A stretch of DNA of 64,000 nucleotides from an uncultured bacterium (GCA_963819815.1 CAWFXL010000001.1:288001-352000); one strand, 5' to 3'. Numbered from the stretch's first letter, positions 9,902 through 20,559 are shown. Numbers and translations are program-made. Notes: generated from the sequence alone by a model not told the origin.

Positions 9902-11044
9902 TTATTCGTCCGGGCTGAAACTCTTTTTCTTCGATGTATTGCCCAATTTGGCAAGATCAATGCTTTGGGTGATTTCAAGAGGGAGTTTATTTTTGATGAT
10001 CCCTTCTAGAGGAGAGGTAAGTATAACCTGGGTAGATAGTTTTGTCATTAGGGGGAGTAATGCTGCAGCACGATCCTCATCAAAATCGGTCATAAAGTCA
10101 TCTACAAGCAGTATTGTGCCGGTCGATCCACGGACTTTAAGCACTTGAAGTTGAGCCATTTTCAAGAGAAAGACTACCAACTTCTGTTGGCCTCTCGATG
10201 CATAGGTCCTACAGGCTTTTCCCAAATAGGTCACCACAAAATCATCTAAATGAGCCCCAAGCAGCGAGCGTTTTTGACGAAGTTCGTTCTCTTTCAGCCC
10301 AGGATAGCGCTCTATAAGATCTTGAGCTGTCATAGTATCTTGTAAATCGCTATAGGGACGAGCATAGGCGTAGTCTATAGTCACAGGTTCCTCCTGAGAA
10401 TCAGCCATCAGAGGAAAAAGCTCTCGTATGAGAAGCTTTGCTTCGGACTCAATCTGTTTTACAGCATCCAGGCGGGCTTTTTGTATCTTAAAAGAGGTTT
10501 GCAGAAGCTGCTCCGTCCAGAGCATATAGGATTCATCATCAAAGCGACCTTTAGCAAGTAGGGCGTTTCTGTTATTAAGGATAGCGCGATATTTTTGTGA
10601 AGTAGCTGCATGAGATGGATCTAAGAGGAGGACTACAGTATCTAAGAATGACCTTCGTGCAGAGGGCGCGCCCTGAATGATCTGCAGGTCATCCTCCGTT
10701 ATCGTAATAACTCGGTAAGCTTCATATAGCTCCTTATAGGAGCCGATTCCTTGCTCGTTGAGCTTAACGGTCTTCTTACTTTTCGCAAACTGAACAGATA
10801 GGGCATCAAACCCCTGTGAAACAAGGCCAAGACCGACGCCGAAGCCTTCTGCTTGAGCTAAGACAAGCTCTTTAGGAAGGTGGGTCTTAAAGGAGCGTAA
10901 ATAGCAGGCATAATGGAAAGCTTCTAAAATTGAGGTCTTACCTGACCCATTTGGGCCATGTATCAGCACAATTGGTTTCTCAAAGTCAAGGTCTAACGAG
11001 GAGAAACAGCGAAAGTTTCGCAAACTTGCCGATACAATGCGCAC
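9902..11044 (-). CDS. recF: DNA replication/repair protein RecF
   Basis: LRNFRCF, Walker A GPNGSGKTSILEA, SRGQQK signature and LLVDD Walker B; follows dnaN. Confidence 0.95.
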   Translation of the reverse strand: MRIVSASLRNFRCFSSLDLDFEKPIVLIHGPNGSGKTSILEAFHYACYLRSFKTHLPKELVLAQAEGFGVGLGLVSQGFDALSVQFAKSKKTVKLNEQGIGSYKELYEAYRVITITEDDLQIIQGAPSARRSFLDTVVLLLDPSHAATSQKYRAILNNRNALLAKGRFDDESYMLWTEQLLQTSFKIQKARLDAVKQIESEAKLLIRELFPLMADSQEEPVTIDYAYARPYSDLQDTMTAQDLIERYPGLKENELRQKRSLLGAHLDDFVVTYLGKACRTYASRGQQKLVVFLLKMAQLQVLKVRGSTGTILLVDDFMTDFDEDRAAALLPLMTKLSTQVILTSPLEGIIKNKLPLEITQSIDLAKLGNTSKKKSFSPDE

Positions 11045-11059
11045 AAACGTTCAACCTCC

Positions 11060-12196
11060 CTATGATGCGATAGCTGCGGGAGCCGTAGGAGAGACCGGCA
11101 TAACCAAGTACGTCATCACAAATTCATCATTTTTTGACTCAAATATTAAAGGGCTAGCACTCCCCTTTAAATAGAACGTTAAGCTCTCATCCTGAAACGC
11201 CTGAATACCATTGAGCAAATAAGGAGTATAGAGCCTTATGTCGATTTTAGTGTCTTCCGACCCAGCAAAGGCAAGTTGTTCATCCAATGCACCAACTTCT
11301 TTGTTCTGGAGAGAGACCTGAACATCACGATGATTAAATGCAAAACGGGTCGCAATAAATTGATTTGATAGTAAGCATACTGAACGACGCAATGCCTTTA
11401 ACAGGCTTGAACGATCAATGGTGGCTGGACTAAAGGCATCGCGCATAAGGATAGCACGATAGTTAGGAAACTGTTCCGCAAGAACTTTCGTAAAAAAGTT
11501 AAAGAGCTCACCGGAGAATACTAACTGATTGCCACACGTTCCTAAAAATAGGGTGGTATCAGGGATTGTTTCTAAGATCTTTTTCAACTCAAAAATCGCG
11601 CGGCGAGGAAGGAGCCAATTCCTGGTCTCTTCAAAGGTTGTTTTTGAAGTTTTAACTTGAGCTAAACAATGCCCATCCGTAGTTGTCATAATAAGCTCAT
11701 GCGGAGATAGCTCAAGTAATAGGCCATTAAGGGCAACGTTCGCATTATTTTGGGGAATAAGAAAGCTGACGCTTTCAAGCATTTTCTGTAATAAAGGAGC
11801 ATCTAAAGGAAGCAGGTTCTCAATGCGTTCAGGAAAGGGGGGGAATTCTTGCGCATCTTTAATATTAAGAGAAAGATGGACACCTTGAGCTTGCAATGTG
11901 AGTTGATGTGAGCTGAGCTGACAGGTGATTGGTCCTTCGAGCTCTTTTACTACATCAAATATCCGCTTACCCGATACTAAAAATGATTCTTGTTCATCAA
12001 AGTCACTTTCAAGGAGTAAGCAACTTGACTGTAAGCTAATCTCAAGATCAGTACTCTTAAGTACAAGCTCTTTTTGACCAACTTGAAAGAGAATAGAGGT
12101 GGTTATATCAAGAGCCGTTCGCTTTGAGCAAATAGGCTGCATCGATGAGAGAATGTCAAATAAAGACTTTTGATCAACAATGAATTTTTTTTCCAT
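11060..12196 (-). CDS. dnaN: DNA polymerase III beta sliding clamp
   Basis: STDLEISL, TTDGHCLA, FPNYRAI and C-terminal YLVMPV motifs; 378 aa. Confidence 0.96.
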   Translation of the reverse strand: MEKKFIVDQKSLFDILSSMQPICSKRTALDITTSILFQVGQKELVLKSTDLEISLQSSCLLLESDFDEQESFLVSGKRIFDVVKELEGPITCQLSSHQLTLQAQGVHLSLNIKDAQEFPPFPERIENLLPLDAPLLQKMLESVSFLIPQNNANVALNGLLLELSPHELIMTTTDGHCLAQVKTSKTTFEETRNWLLPRRAIFELKKILETIPDTTLFLGTCGNQLVFSGELFNFFTKVLAEQFPNYRAILMRDAFSPATIDRSSLLKALRRSVCLLSNQFIATRFAFNHRDVQVSLQNKEVGALDEQLAFAGSEDTKIDIRLYTPYLLNGIQAFQDESLTFYLKGSASPLIFESKNDEFVMTYLVMPVSPTAPAAIAS

Positions 12197-12781
12197 CGAA
12201 TATTTCTCGCAAATGTTACTAGATCATACTTCACTTAACCAAGTATAGCATCTTCAAGGAAAGAGGAAAGTTTCTCAAAAGTATCTTGTAGAGGTGCCAG
12301 AATCTTCAAAAGTTTTCCTAATAACTCCGAGTAATTTGAGCTCATAAAAAATGCTCTGGTAAGAGAGCAATTGGGCATACAAAATGGTGAGTGACACATC
12401 AAAAATACTAAAAGAAACCAATAGGTCCACTCAGAAGAGCTTCATGTAAACGGAAAATAGTTATGTCGAGTGAGTATGGCTTTGAAAGTGAGAACTTTCT
12501 TTAAAAAAGAGAGGGCGATAATCAAATTTTAGCAAAAGCTTTACATGTCGTGAGCACATTTAAGAGAAATCTTTTCGCTAGTGGGTATAACAATTTCACA
12601 TCCCACCTCTCCCCTACAGGATACCCTCATTTGCTCTTTTTGCCAAAAAAATCTTCTTGCCCCCAAATGTTCCGCCTCGCGAAAGTACTTTGTGGCACGT
12701 GCGATACGGGCGATTAATGTTTTTCTGGACATTTCCGAGATTGTGTGTAGAATTTGTCCATGATGTGAAACGGAAAAATCA

Positions 12782-13960
12782 ATGGCACTTAAAAGATCTA
12801 TTACCTTTGACATTTTGGAAGGTGCGCAGGAGTTTCTGACTGTTGGGTTGTTGGGATCCCGACAGTCAGGCAAAACCACGCTGAGCCAACTCATTTTTAA
12901 GGACCATGCTTATGTGTCTTTGGAGGATATTGAGATGCGCACTGCGGCTACAATTGAACCGCGTACCTTTCTTAATGCCAATCGTAACGCCTCCGGTTTA
13001 ATAATTGATAATTTTCATTATGTACCGGAGTTACTTTCTTACATGCAGCCCAAGGGGGGCAGCCACACACCGGGGACATATATAGTGTGTGGTCCATATA
13101 ATAGTTCTACGCTCGAATTTCTTACGGGGTACCTTGGGGAAACGTTTTCACTCAACATTTTAGAATCGCTATCCTTACATGAGCTTACCGATAATTATCT
13201 ACTGCCTCATGCTCTTGATGTAGTTCTGTATCAAGGACTTCAACCTGCAGTTTATATGAACGGTGGTGATACCAAATCTCACTATAAAAATTTCCTTTCT
13301 ACCTATATCGATAAAGATGTGCGCTTCTATGGGCAGGTTGATAATGTAACTACATTCCATACCTTTTTAACACACTGTGCTCAGTATAATGGGCATGTGC
13401 TTAATATAACTACGCTTGCAAATGAATCTGGTATAAGTGACCATACAGCTCGGCGTTGGATATCCTTACTTGAAGATCATCGTATACTTTTCTTACTCAA
13501 GCCCTATCATACTGATTTTGGGAAGAGGCTCATTAAAAGCCCCAAGCTGTATTTTTATGATCCCGGGGTTGTGTGCAGTCTTCTTAAAATAGAAGAGCAC
13601 GAGTTACCGAAGCATCGCAACAAACAGGGCCTCTTTGAATCTCTGATCATAGGCGAGCTTATGAAATGGACGCAGCAGAGAAAGCAGAAACGGCCACAGC
13701 TCTATTTCTGGCGCGACAAAACTGAGCATGAAATCGATTGTCTCATAGAGCACGAAGGGAAAGTCATTCCCGTCTCATTGCGCGGTGACCAAAAGACTGA
13801 CGCTTTTTCACATGATCTTAAGTATTGGCAAAAAGTTAGTGGTATGAAAGACCGGGGTATATGTATTTCATCAAATTCGGGCCCCCCAGAGGAAAAAGAA
13901 GACCATCTCGATATTGGATGGCGCTTTATGCAACCCTTGTTTAAAGCGATTCAGAGCTAA
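12782..13960 (+). CDS. DUF4143 AAA+ ATPase homologue with degenerate Walker B and nuclease motifs
   Basis: GSRQSGKTT Walker A, KRLIKSPKLYFYDPG and YFWRD..EID. Has IIDNFH instead of DEIQ and IPVSLR instead of IPIEVK. Confidence 0.88.
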   Translation: MALKRSITFDILEGAQEFLTVGLLGSRQSGKTTLSQLIFKDHAYVSLEDIEMRTAATIEPRTFLNANRNASGLIIDNFHYVPELLSYMQPKGGSHTPGTYIVCGPYNSSTLEFLTGYLGETFSLNILESLSLHELTDNYLLPHALDVVLYQGLQPAVYMNGGDTKSHYKNFLSTYIDKDVRFYGQVDNVTTFHTFLTHCAQYNGHVLNITTLANESGISDHTARRWISLLEDHRILFLLKPYHTDFGKRLIKSPKLYFYDPGVVCSLLKIEEHELPKHRNKQGLFESLIIGELMKWTQQRKQKRPQLYFWRDKTEHEIDCLIEHEGKVIPVSLRGDQKTDAFSHDLKYWQKVSGMKDRGICISSNSGPPEEKEDHLDIGWRFMQPLFKAIQS

Positions 13961-14073
13961 TATTCACATCTAATCAAAACAAATAAACTTTATATAGGGA
14001 AGCTCTATACGTTCCCATTTTTATATGGTAGAGTATGGGCTATATTTAAACTTTGAAGGCGAGAAGGAGCGCG

Positions 14074-14799
14074 GTGAAGAAAAGAATTATCCCAACTATT
14101 CTAGTAGCAACGTGCACCTTAGTATCTCTACAAACTATATTGCTCTTTGCTGAAGTCCAACCAAGTTGGCAAGAATGTGGCGAAAATTGGGCTATGTCCC
14201 TCGAAAATGGCACAACCTGGCCTGACGATGATGCCCCTAAATTATACGAAGTAACGAAGGAAGGCATAAAAAGAATTTCTCATCAGAAACTACCTGAGAA
14301 CGTTACCCTCTATGGTCGAGTTCAGCTTTCTGACGTGAGTATTGCAAAAAACTTTACCTGTTATGGATTTGCTGAGGTTGCTCATGCGACAGTCGTTGGA
14401 GTTACCACGATGTATGGTCCCATGAATGCAAATCGCTGCACGTTTACTGATATGGACATCAGGTGTGCAAATGAGATGCTCGATGAACCAGGAACCGTAA
14501 ATCTTTCTCATAGTTCAGCGAGGAAGCTCTTTATTAATGGAAAATTAATGACCGAGTCTTCAACTATTAAATCGGTTACGACGTTCTCTCATGAGCTTGA
14601 GTTCTCTAATTCTCATGTCGGTGATATTACGATGATGAATGGCTTACATGGTAAAAAAAAGAAGGCGGTAATCATCCTTAATAACACGGTTGTTGAAGGA
14701 TCTATCCAGTTCTCTCAGAAGGGCGGTACTGTTATCTGCAAAGGCACATCAGTAGTCAAAGGTGAGATTATTGGAGGCACCCTCGAAAAAATTTCCTAA
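14074..14799 (+). CDS. Hypothetical exported protein, probable beta-solenoid
   Basis: RBS AAGGAG before GTG 14074, hydrophobic N-terminus and short beta-repeat-like sequence. Confidence 0.7.
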   Translation: MKKRIIPTILVATCTLVSLQTILLFAEVQPSWQECGENWAMSLENGTTWPDDDAPKLYEVTKEGIKRISHQKLPENVTLYGRVQLSDVSIAKNFTCYGFAEVAHATVVGVTTMYGPMNANRCTFTDMDIRCANEMLDEPGTVNLSHSSARKLFINGKLMTESSTIKSVTTFSHELEFSNSHVGDITMMNGLHGKKKKAVIILNNTVVEGSIQFSQKGGTVICKGTSVVKGEIIGGTLEKIS

Positions 14800-14821
14800 A
14801 CCACTACATTTCTTCTCAAGC

Positions 14822-14852
14822 AAGGGCATATTTCTCAAGGTATGCCCTTTTT
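14822..14852 (+). terminator. Putative intrinsic terminator
   Basis: AAGGGCATA...TATGCCCTT followed by Ts. Confidence 0.6.
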
Positions 14853-14939
14853 CATGCGTTCAAATATTTTCTAAATCACGTGTTAAGTTGTGTCGGCTTT
14901 GTGTGTTTAGTATACCTAAGCACTATTGACTACAATGGA

Positions 14940-15177
14940 GAAATGGCCACAAAAGTGAAAATGGCAGTATTTACGGCGAAGGATTAATATGTGCAAAAAG
15001 GCATTCCTCCTGCGAAATGCCAGGTTGTTGAATAGCTGCAAAGGAAGGACACAATAGGTAGGCTCTTTTTTAGGACCTTGGTGGAAAATACATCTATATA
15101 TTCTATAAACTCTATTGGAAACGCTGCTGAAATGGCAACAATGGTGAAAATGGCAGTATTTATGGCAAAAGAGTAAT
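14940..15177. repeat. Two ~49-bp intergenic direct repeats 189 bp apart
   Basis: GAAATGGCnACAAnnGTGAAAATGGCAGTATTTAnGGCnAAnGAnTAAT at 14940 and 15129. Confidence 0.8.
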
Positions 15178-15417
15178 TTGGGTAAATAGAGATTGACCTA
15201 GCAACTTGAAAAGGAAGGGTATACGAAAACTGGGTTGGACTGTCGTGACGAAAATTACCACTAGGTTGAGTTTCTCAAGAGAGCCTAGATGAGATTGGAA
15301 CTTATTATCTAGATCATTTTTGCGATCATGGCAATAAATTTTTACAAGTAGTGATTTTTATGGTATTCTTGAGCTATCGTTAGATGAAAAATTAGTATGT
15401 CATTGAAAGGACTTATT

Positions 15418-16836
15418 ATGAATAAGATATGGATTTTACTGTTACTTTGCGCATCAGTTGTGCCAGCTTATGGGATTGTTCCTACCCCTGCAGCGGTTAT
15501 AGCAAGCTCATCCTTCTCATCCTTAAAAAGCGAGCTACTCTCTATTTTAGAGACAAATAATACGGCGCGATTACAAGCATATATTAACAGAGGGCTTGCT
15601 GTAACCGTTCCCATAACTGATGAAGGGTATACCATCCTCCATCTTGCTGTGCTCATGGCCGGAGATAAAAGGCCAATGGTGCGATTTCTGCTAGGCCACC
15701 GTGCTCCTGTTAACGCTCATACTACGGAAGGCAATACTGCTCTTCACTATGCATGTGAAACAGGAAATATAGGCTGTGTTACAGAGCTCTTAGCAGCGGG
15801 TGCGAATCCTCATCAGGCTAACAATGACGGCATGACAGCTTTGCATTTGGCAAGTACGTATGGACGTACGTCTGTAGTGGCTTTGCTTCTCGCGCAGCCA
15901 AATATACAGGTTGATCCCCTTGAAAATAGCTGTAATGCTACACCCTTACATATGGCTAGCATCATGGGACAAGTCGAAGCTGTTAGGCTTCTGGTTGCGA
16001 AAAGCGCACAAATCGACGCACGCAATAACGATAACGCTACTCCTTTGTTTTTAGCTTGCCAAGAAGGGCACCCTGTGATTGTTCAGTTTCTTTTTGAAAA
16101 AGGTGCTTCCTTAGAGGCTCCTCTTCGTGATGGCGGTACACCACTTCACGTAGCTGCAGATAAAGGGCATCTTGAGGTGGTCAAGTTGTTGGTGAGTCTA
16201 GGTGCTACATTGCGTACCATAAAGAATAATGGAGCAACTCCGTGGTATGCAGCTGCACAAAATGGTCATGAAGAGGTCATCAAATTCTTTATTAAAAATT
16301 CTTATGATATCAATGAAAAGCACCCTGTTTCAGGGTTTACCGCTCTTCATATTGCATCACTCAGGAATAAACTTGGAGTTATTAACGCACTTCTTAATGA
16401 GCCTTCTGTTCAAATAAATGATCCTGCTACCATTGTCACCACAATGATTGATGCAGGTGAAGAGGTTGAAGTTAACTCGATTGCCATAGAGGGCATAACT
16501 CTTGATTCTCCCACGAAGGAGAACGGGTATACACCATTACATTTAGCATGCATATGGGGCTGCGAAGCTGCAGTTAAACAGCTCCTAGGACATGGAGCAG
16601 ATGGCACTATAAAGACAAAGGGAGGAAAGACAGCTCTCGATTTTGCTCAAGAAAAGGGGCACAAAAAAATTGTTACTCTTCTTGAAAAAGCAAAATATCT
16701 CTGTGCTTTCTGTTGCGAGATGCCGTCTGAAACTCTCTGCTGTGGACGCTGTAAAAAAGCATATTACTGCAATGCTGCATGTCAAAGAAAACACTGGGCT
16801 ACTCATAAACTCTCCTGTTCATCCACCGCACAGTAG
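15418..16836 (+). CDS. Secreted ankyrin-repeat protein with C-terminal zf-MYND
   Basis: Signal peptide MNKIWILLLLCASVVPAYG, about 10 ankyrin repeats (TPLH/TALH), and CAFC..CGRCKKAYYCNAACQRKHWATHKLSC. Confidence 0.93.
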   Translation: MNKIWILLLLCASVVPAYGIVPTPAAVIASSSFSSLKSELLSILETNNTARLQAYINRGLAVTVPITDEGYTILHLAVLMAGDKRPMVRFLLGHRAPVNAHTTEGNTALHYACETGNIGCVTELLAAGANPHQANNDGMTALHLASTYGRTSVVALLLAQPNIQVDPLENSCNATPLHMASIMGQVEAVRLLVAKSAQIDARNNDNATPLFLACQEGHPVIVQFLFEKGASLEAPLRDGGTPLHVAADKGHLEVVKLLVSLGATLRTIKNNGATPWYAAAQNGHEEVIKFFIKNSYDINEKHPVSGFTALHIASLRNKLGVINALLNEPSVQINDPATIVTTMIDAGEEVEVNSIAIEGITLDSPTKENGYTPLHLACIWGCEAAVKQLLGHGADGTIKTKGGKTALDFAQEKGHKKIVTLLEKAKYLCAFCCEMPSETLCCGRCKKAYYCNAACQRKHWATHKLSCSSTAQ

Positions 16837-17120
16837 ACCTCTTTAGGTGGCAACTAGCAAGATAGTTGTGTAAGAGTTTTGTGTTTGGAAGCCTGGTAGA
16901 ATGATGCTAACTTACCATGTATAATTTTTCTCAAAGTCTTTAAGATACTAGCTCTCCTAGATAAAGCAGGGGAGCTAGGTCTATTCTCATAAGCACCTAC
17001 GAAAAAGCGCTCTCAGTATGAGAGCGCTTATACAAAATCTTAGATACGGATTTCTTCACGGAAGCATGAGAAACGGCTCAATTCTTTATTGTTCTTTCTC
17101 TAAGTTGCTTCCTCAAAACA

Positions 17121-17525
17121 TTAAGGCCAGAGTGTAATAATGGCTGCCATTGCTAACATATACAAAAGTGTATATAGCGTATCTATTGCATAGACAGTAA
17201 GCGATCCGCCAGTATAGAGAGTATTCATAAACGTAATCCTTGCAGGAAATCCAAGCCATATCAGAAATGTTATTTTCAATGCCCCATAGAGGTCCGTTAT
17301 ATGCATATAAGAAAGTATCAGGCTGAGGACATACGCAGTCACCACAAAACCTATAAAGCCGATTCCTGTCGTAGTTGGCATCGTTTTTTGTAATTCGGCA
17401 GATTTAGCATCCGAAAAATTATGACCTTCTCTCCAGGGCTGCCTAAAAAGAAAGCCGTACCAGATAAACCCGATTGCTGTGGCGACTACGCCGCATACTA
17501 TAAGAGCTACTATATTCATGAACAT
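17121..17525 (-). CDS. DUF1761-like 4-TM membrane protein
   Basis: IGFIWYGFLFRQPW motif, terminal IDTLY..LYM and 4 hydrophobic helices. Confidence 0.75.
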   Translation of the reverse strand: MFMNIVALIVCGVVATAIGFIWYGFLFRQPWREGHNFSDAKSAELQKTMPTTTGIGFIGFVVTAYVLSLILSYMHITDLYGALKITFLIWLGFPARITFMNTLYTGGSLTVYAIDTLYTLLYMLAMAAIITLWP

Positions 17526-17907
17526 CTCCTTATCTTGTTAGACAAAATGAGCCAGCACCATTGCTGGCTTTCGACGAGAGTATAGTGCCAGGCTCATGAT
17601 AAATCAACTTTTGCCACTTCAAACAACGATCTGCCACACTAGTCCCTGCCTGTATCGCCTCCTTGGAACCACTTTGACGGTATTGCTAGTCGAGGTGCCT
17701 TTACCTGCAAATACTGATCGCATCGAGCAGCTTGGGGTAGGGTGTTCAATCTTCCACCTAGTCCTTGTGGATCAATATTTACAGTGCATGAGGCTACCAA
17801 TACGTGACAGCTTGGGAGGCTGTTGAATTTCACATACAGCATGCTATGCTCAAAAAAGATTGCAATATTTGTCATAACGCTATTAAAAATAATACTAGAG
17901 GGTTCAT

Positions 17908-18534
17908 ATGACTCAGGTGCACGCATACAGAGCAGCATTCGTTGTTTTTGTAACATTCACCCCTTTTCTTATGTGCAAAAAACCATTTCTTCCCTTGAGC
18001 TATACGATAGCGCTTGTAGAAAATGAGAAGAAAGGTAAGAGCATTTCAAGGATGCTTCAATTAGCCATTAATGACGTATATGTTGGTGGGATAGTTTATA
18101 CTATTCAGCTTGATATGCGCCAGCCAAGTTTCATTAACCAGCTACATATAGAACAGTCATACCGTAATCATAAAGGATATGGCAAGGTTCTCTTATACCA
18201 AGCTTTAAAAGATATATTGCAATCAGGTAGTGCTAGTGTTGAATTGGAGCGGTGTCCCTTTGATCTGCCTTCTACGGATAATGCAGAAGAACGTAATGAA
18301 CAGCTTAAAAAATGGTATAGAAGTTTTGGATTTCAGGATGATAACAACAGTAGAATTATGAGGCTTAACCCTCGTAAGCTCTTATCTACTGAAGTTGTAC
18401 CTAACTTCACCGATAATGATATTACCTTTAGCTTCCGTAAACCGGTAACTCCTGAGCGTAGAGGTGCCCAAAGAACTGCTCAGGTTGCCTCAAAGGTTCT
18501 ACCGGCATACTTCATCATGAAAAAGCAGCGGTAG
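17908..18534 (+). CDS. GNAT-family acetyltransferase with hydrophobic N-terminus
   Basis: LHIEQSYRNHKGYGKVLL (motif A) and WYRSFGF (motif B). Confidence 0.8.
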   Translation: MTQVHAYRAAFVVFVTFTPFLMCKKPFLPLSYTIALVENEKKGKSISRMLQLAINDVYVGGIVYTIQLDMRQPSFINQLHIEQSYRNHKGYGKVLLYQALKDILQSGSASVELERCPFDLPSTDNAEERNEQLKKWYRSFGFQDDNNSRIMRLNPRKLLSTEVVPNFTDNDITFSFRKPVTPERRGAQRTAQVASKVLPAYFIMKKQR

Positions 18535-18627
18535 TATTCAAGTCTATGATGATCTATCTCTCATACGAGCTGAATACTGAGGTCTAAATTTCTACACATT
18601 GAATGATCAGATTACAGAGAGGTTATT

Positions 18628-19995
18628 ATGGCGAAAAGATATATTCTTATAGGTCTAACATTCTGCATGGCTGGGGGTCTCGCAGCAAGCGATAGTACTC
18701 AGAAAACTCCGTCATCCTTTACTGCGGGCAAAGCTCTTGGAGCTCTAGGTTTTGCAGGAGCAGCTGCCTACTACGTCTATAGTCATCCTGTAGTGCAATG
18801 GGACACCGTCGGTTTAGGAATGCTAGGAACAGCTGCAGTAAGTTATCTTGGCTATAAGCTTCTTAATCGACAAAAAGAAGTTGAGAAACCGTTGATTGCC
18901 GAAAAACCCTGTCGGGAACCAGTCTTACCGGCGTTCCAACAAAAAATTACGAGTGCTCTCTTTTCAAGTGCTATTGGAGATGCTTTGGGAAGGGTAACCG
19001 AGTTTATTAAGTCACCAGAAGCGCAGTTTGAACGTTATCCTGGTGGCCTTACTTCATTTGATAAGTTTCATCCTGATGATTGGCAGGGGATCCCAAGAGA
19101 ATTTAGGCAAAAAAGAATAGCTCCTTATACGGATGATACTGCCATGGCACTACTTGTTGCTCAGGTCCTTATCGAGTCACAGCACAATAACTGGGATAGA
19201 GATAGTACTATGGGCCACATGGCTGAATCCTTTGTTAAAGATTTAGATAATGCCGACTACGGCTGGGCTGCGGGATACCGTGCTCCCGGTAATGCTTGCC
19301 TTGCGGCTGCACATGTCCTTCAAGGAAAAGCGGCTGCTGAAAAGGCCCGAGCGCGTTGGTGGGACGTTAAGGCAAGCTCTGCTGGAGGATGCGGTTCTGT
19401 TATGCGTGCATTTCCCTTTGGTCTGGTATTTTCCAAGGATCCTCAAAAAGCAAAACTGTGGGCTGTAGAACATTCAAAAATTACTCATGGAGCCCCGAGT
19501 GCTCTTGCTGCATGTGCAGCCATGGCTCTTGGCACCGCAGAGGCTCTCAGGGGAGAGAAAGATCCTCGCTCTATTGTTAACCTTATGATTGAGGCTGCCA
19601 AGGAATATGACGCCGTTACCGCTCAAAAAATGAGCAAGGCTCTTTCCTATGCATCCCAGGCACAAGATATTCTCGGGCGGACATCAGTTAGAGAAGCCTT
19701 TTTAACAAAGGAATTTTTTGATTTTCATAAAAAGGTCTTCAATGAATTTCAAGGATGGTCTGGGCAAGATGCCATAGCAGCTACTGTCTATGTATTTGCT
19801 CTCTTTCCTAAAGATATAGAGTCTGCATTGTATGTAAGCGTCCATACTCCCGGAGATAGTGACAGCATAGCAGCAATGTCTGGGGCTCTCATTGGCGCCT
19901 ATTCTGGAATCATGCCTGACAATAAGATGGTGCAGTCAATTGAAGGTGCTTCTTATATGAGAGAAATAGCTCAACGGATAAGCGATAATCGTTAG
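18628..19995 (+). CDS. ADP-ribosylglycohydrolase (ARH/DraG family) with signal peptide and extra hydrophobic segments
   Basis: AIGDALG, YTDDTAMA, GCGSVMRA, ITHG and GDSDSIAA metal-binding motifs; N-terminus MAKRYILIGLTFCMAGGLAA. Confidence 0.93.
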   Translation: MAKRYILIGLTFCMAGGLAASDSTQKTPSSFTAGKALGALGFAGAAAYYVYSHPVVQWDTVGLGMLGTAAVSYLGYKLLNRQKEVEKPLIAEKPCREPVLPAFQQKITSALFSSAIGDALGRVTEFIKSPEAQFERYPGGLTSFDKFHPDDWQGIPREFRQKRIAPYTDDTAMALLVAQVLIESQHNNWDRDSTMGHMAESFVKDLDNADYGWAAGYRAPGNACLAAAHVLQGKAAAEKARARWWDVKASSAGGCGSVMRAFPFGLVFSKDPQKAKLWAVEHSKITHGAPSALAACAAMALGTAEALRGEKDPRSIVNLMIEAAKEYDAVTAQKMSKALSYASQAQDILGRTSVREAFLTKEFFDFHKKVFNEFQGWSGQDAIAATVYVFALFPKDIESALYVSVHTPGDSDSIAAMSGALIGAYSGIMPDNKMVQSIEGASYMREIAQRISDNR

Positions 19996-20036
19996 AATGT
20001 TATCCCGAACTGGTTAATGAGTATAGAAAAAAAATA

Positions 20037-20071
20037 AGCAGGAAGGCCTTTATCAAAAGGGCTTTCCTGCT
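20037..20071. terminator. Probable bidirectional terminator between convergent genes
   Basis: AGCAGGAAGGCCTTT...AAGGGCTTTCCTGCT stem with A-rich 5' flank. Confidence 0.75.
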
Positions 20072-20118
20072 CTTTCATAAAATACGAAAATGCTCGCAAG
20101 ACAAATTAGTTCAGGAGA

Positions 20119-20559
20119 CTATTCATCTCCATAGCCTCTAAACTTAGACTTTTTGCCCTTCATATCATCGCGAAATCCACAACCCACTGTGTGCAGACGC
20201 GCTACACTCGCTTTCTTTTTGCGGTGTTTGCTTTTCTTAGGTGCCTCTTGGGTTGTATGCTGTTCGATTGCATGAGCAAGCTGCCTTCCTGAAATACGAG
20301 AAAACTGCTCCATTGAAATACCTTGCGTTATTCTTTCCAAAAATCTCAAGATGTCATGACGGTTCTGTGGATTAAGGTTCATTTGACGCATTTGGGCAAG
20401 GGCCTCATTTTCAACAGTCCGCCTTTGAGCTGGAGTAAGGCTTTCTCCTATACGCTGTGCATGCTGAAGTAATTCTTCTTCAAGGGGATCAAATGCGACA
20501 AGAAAGCTGCTTAAAGAGACCATACTCATAAGAAGTAAGGTACAGAAAAACTTTTTCAT
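20119..20559 (-). CDS. Hypothetical secreted protein with basic C-terminal patches
   Basis: RBS AAGGAG, signal peptide MKKFFCTLLLMSMVSLSSFLVA and PKKSKHRKKK. Confidence 0.75.
   Translation of the reverse strand: MKKFFCTLLLMSMVSLSSFLVAFDPLEEELLQHAQRIGESLTPAQRRTVENEALAQMRQMNLNPQNRHDILRFLERITQGISMEQFSRISGRQLAHAIEQHTTQEAPKKSKHRKKKASVARLHTVGCGFRDDMKGKKSKFRGYGDE

Noticed and set aside
12197..12781. oriC upstream of dnaN
   Set aside because: No consensus DnaA boxes seen and no dnaA gene; skew cannot be computed here.
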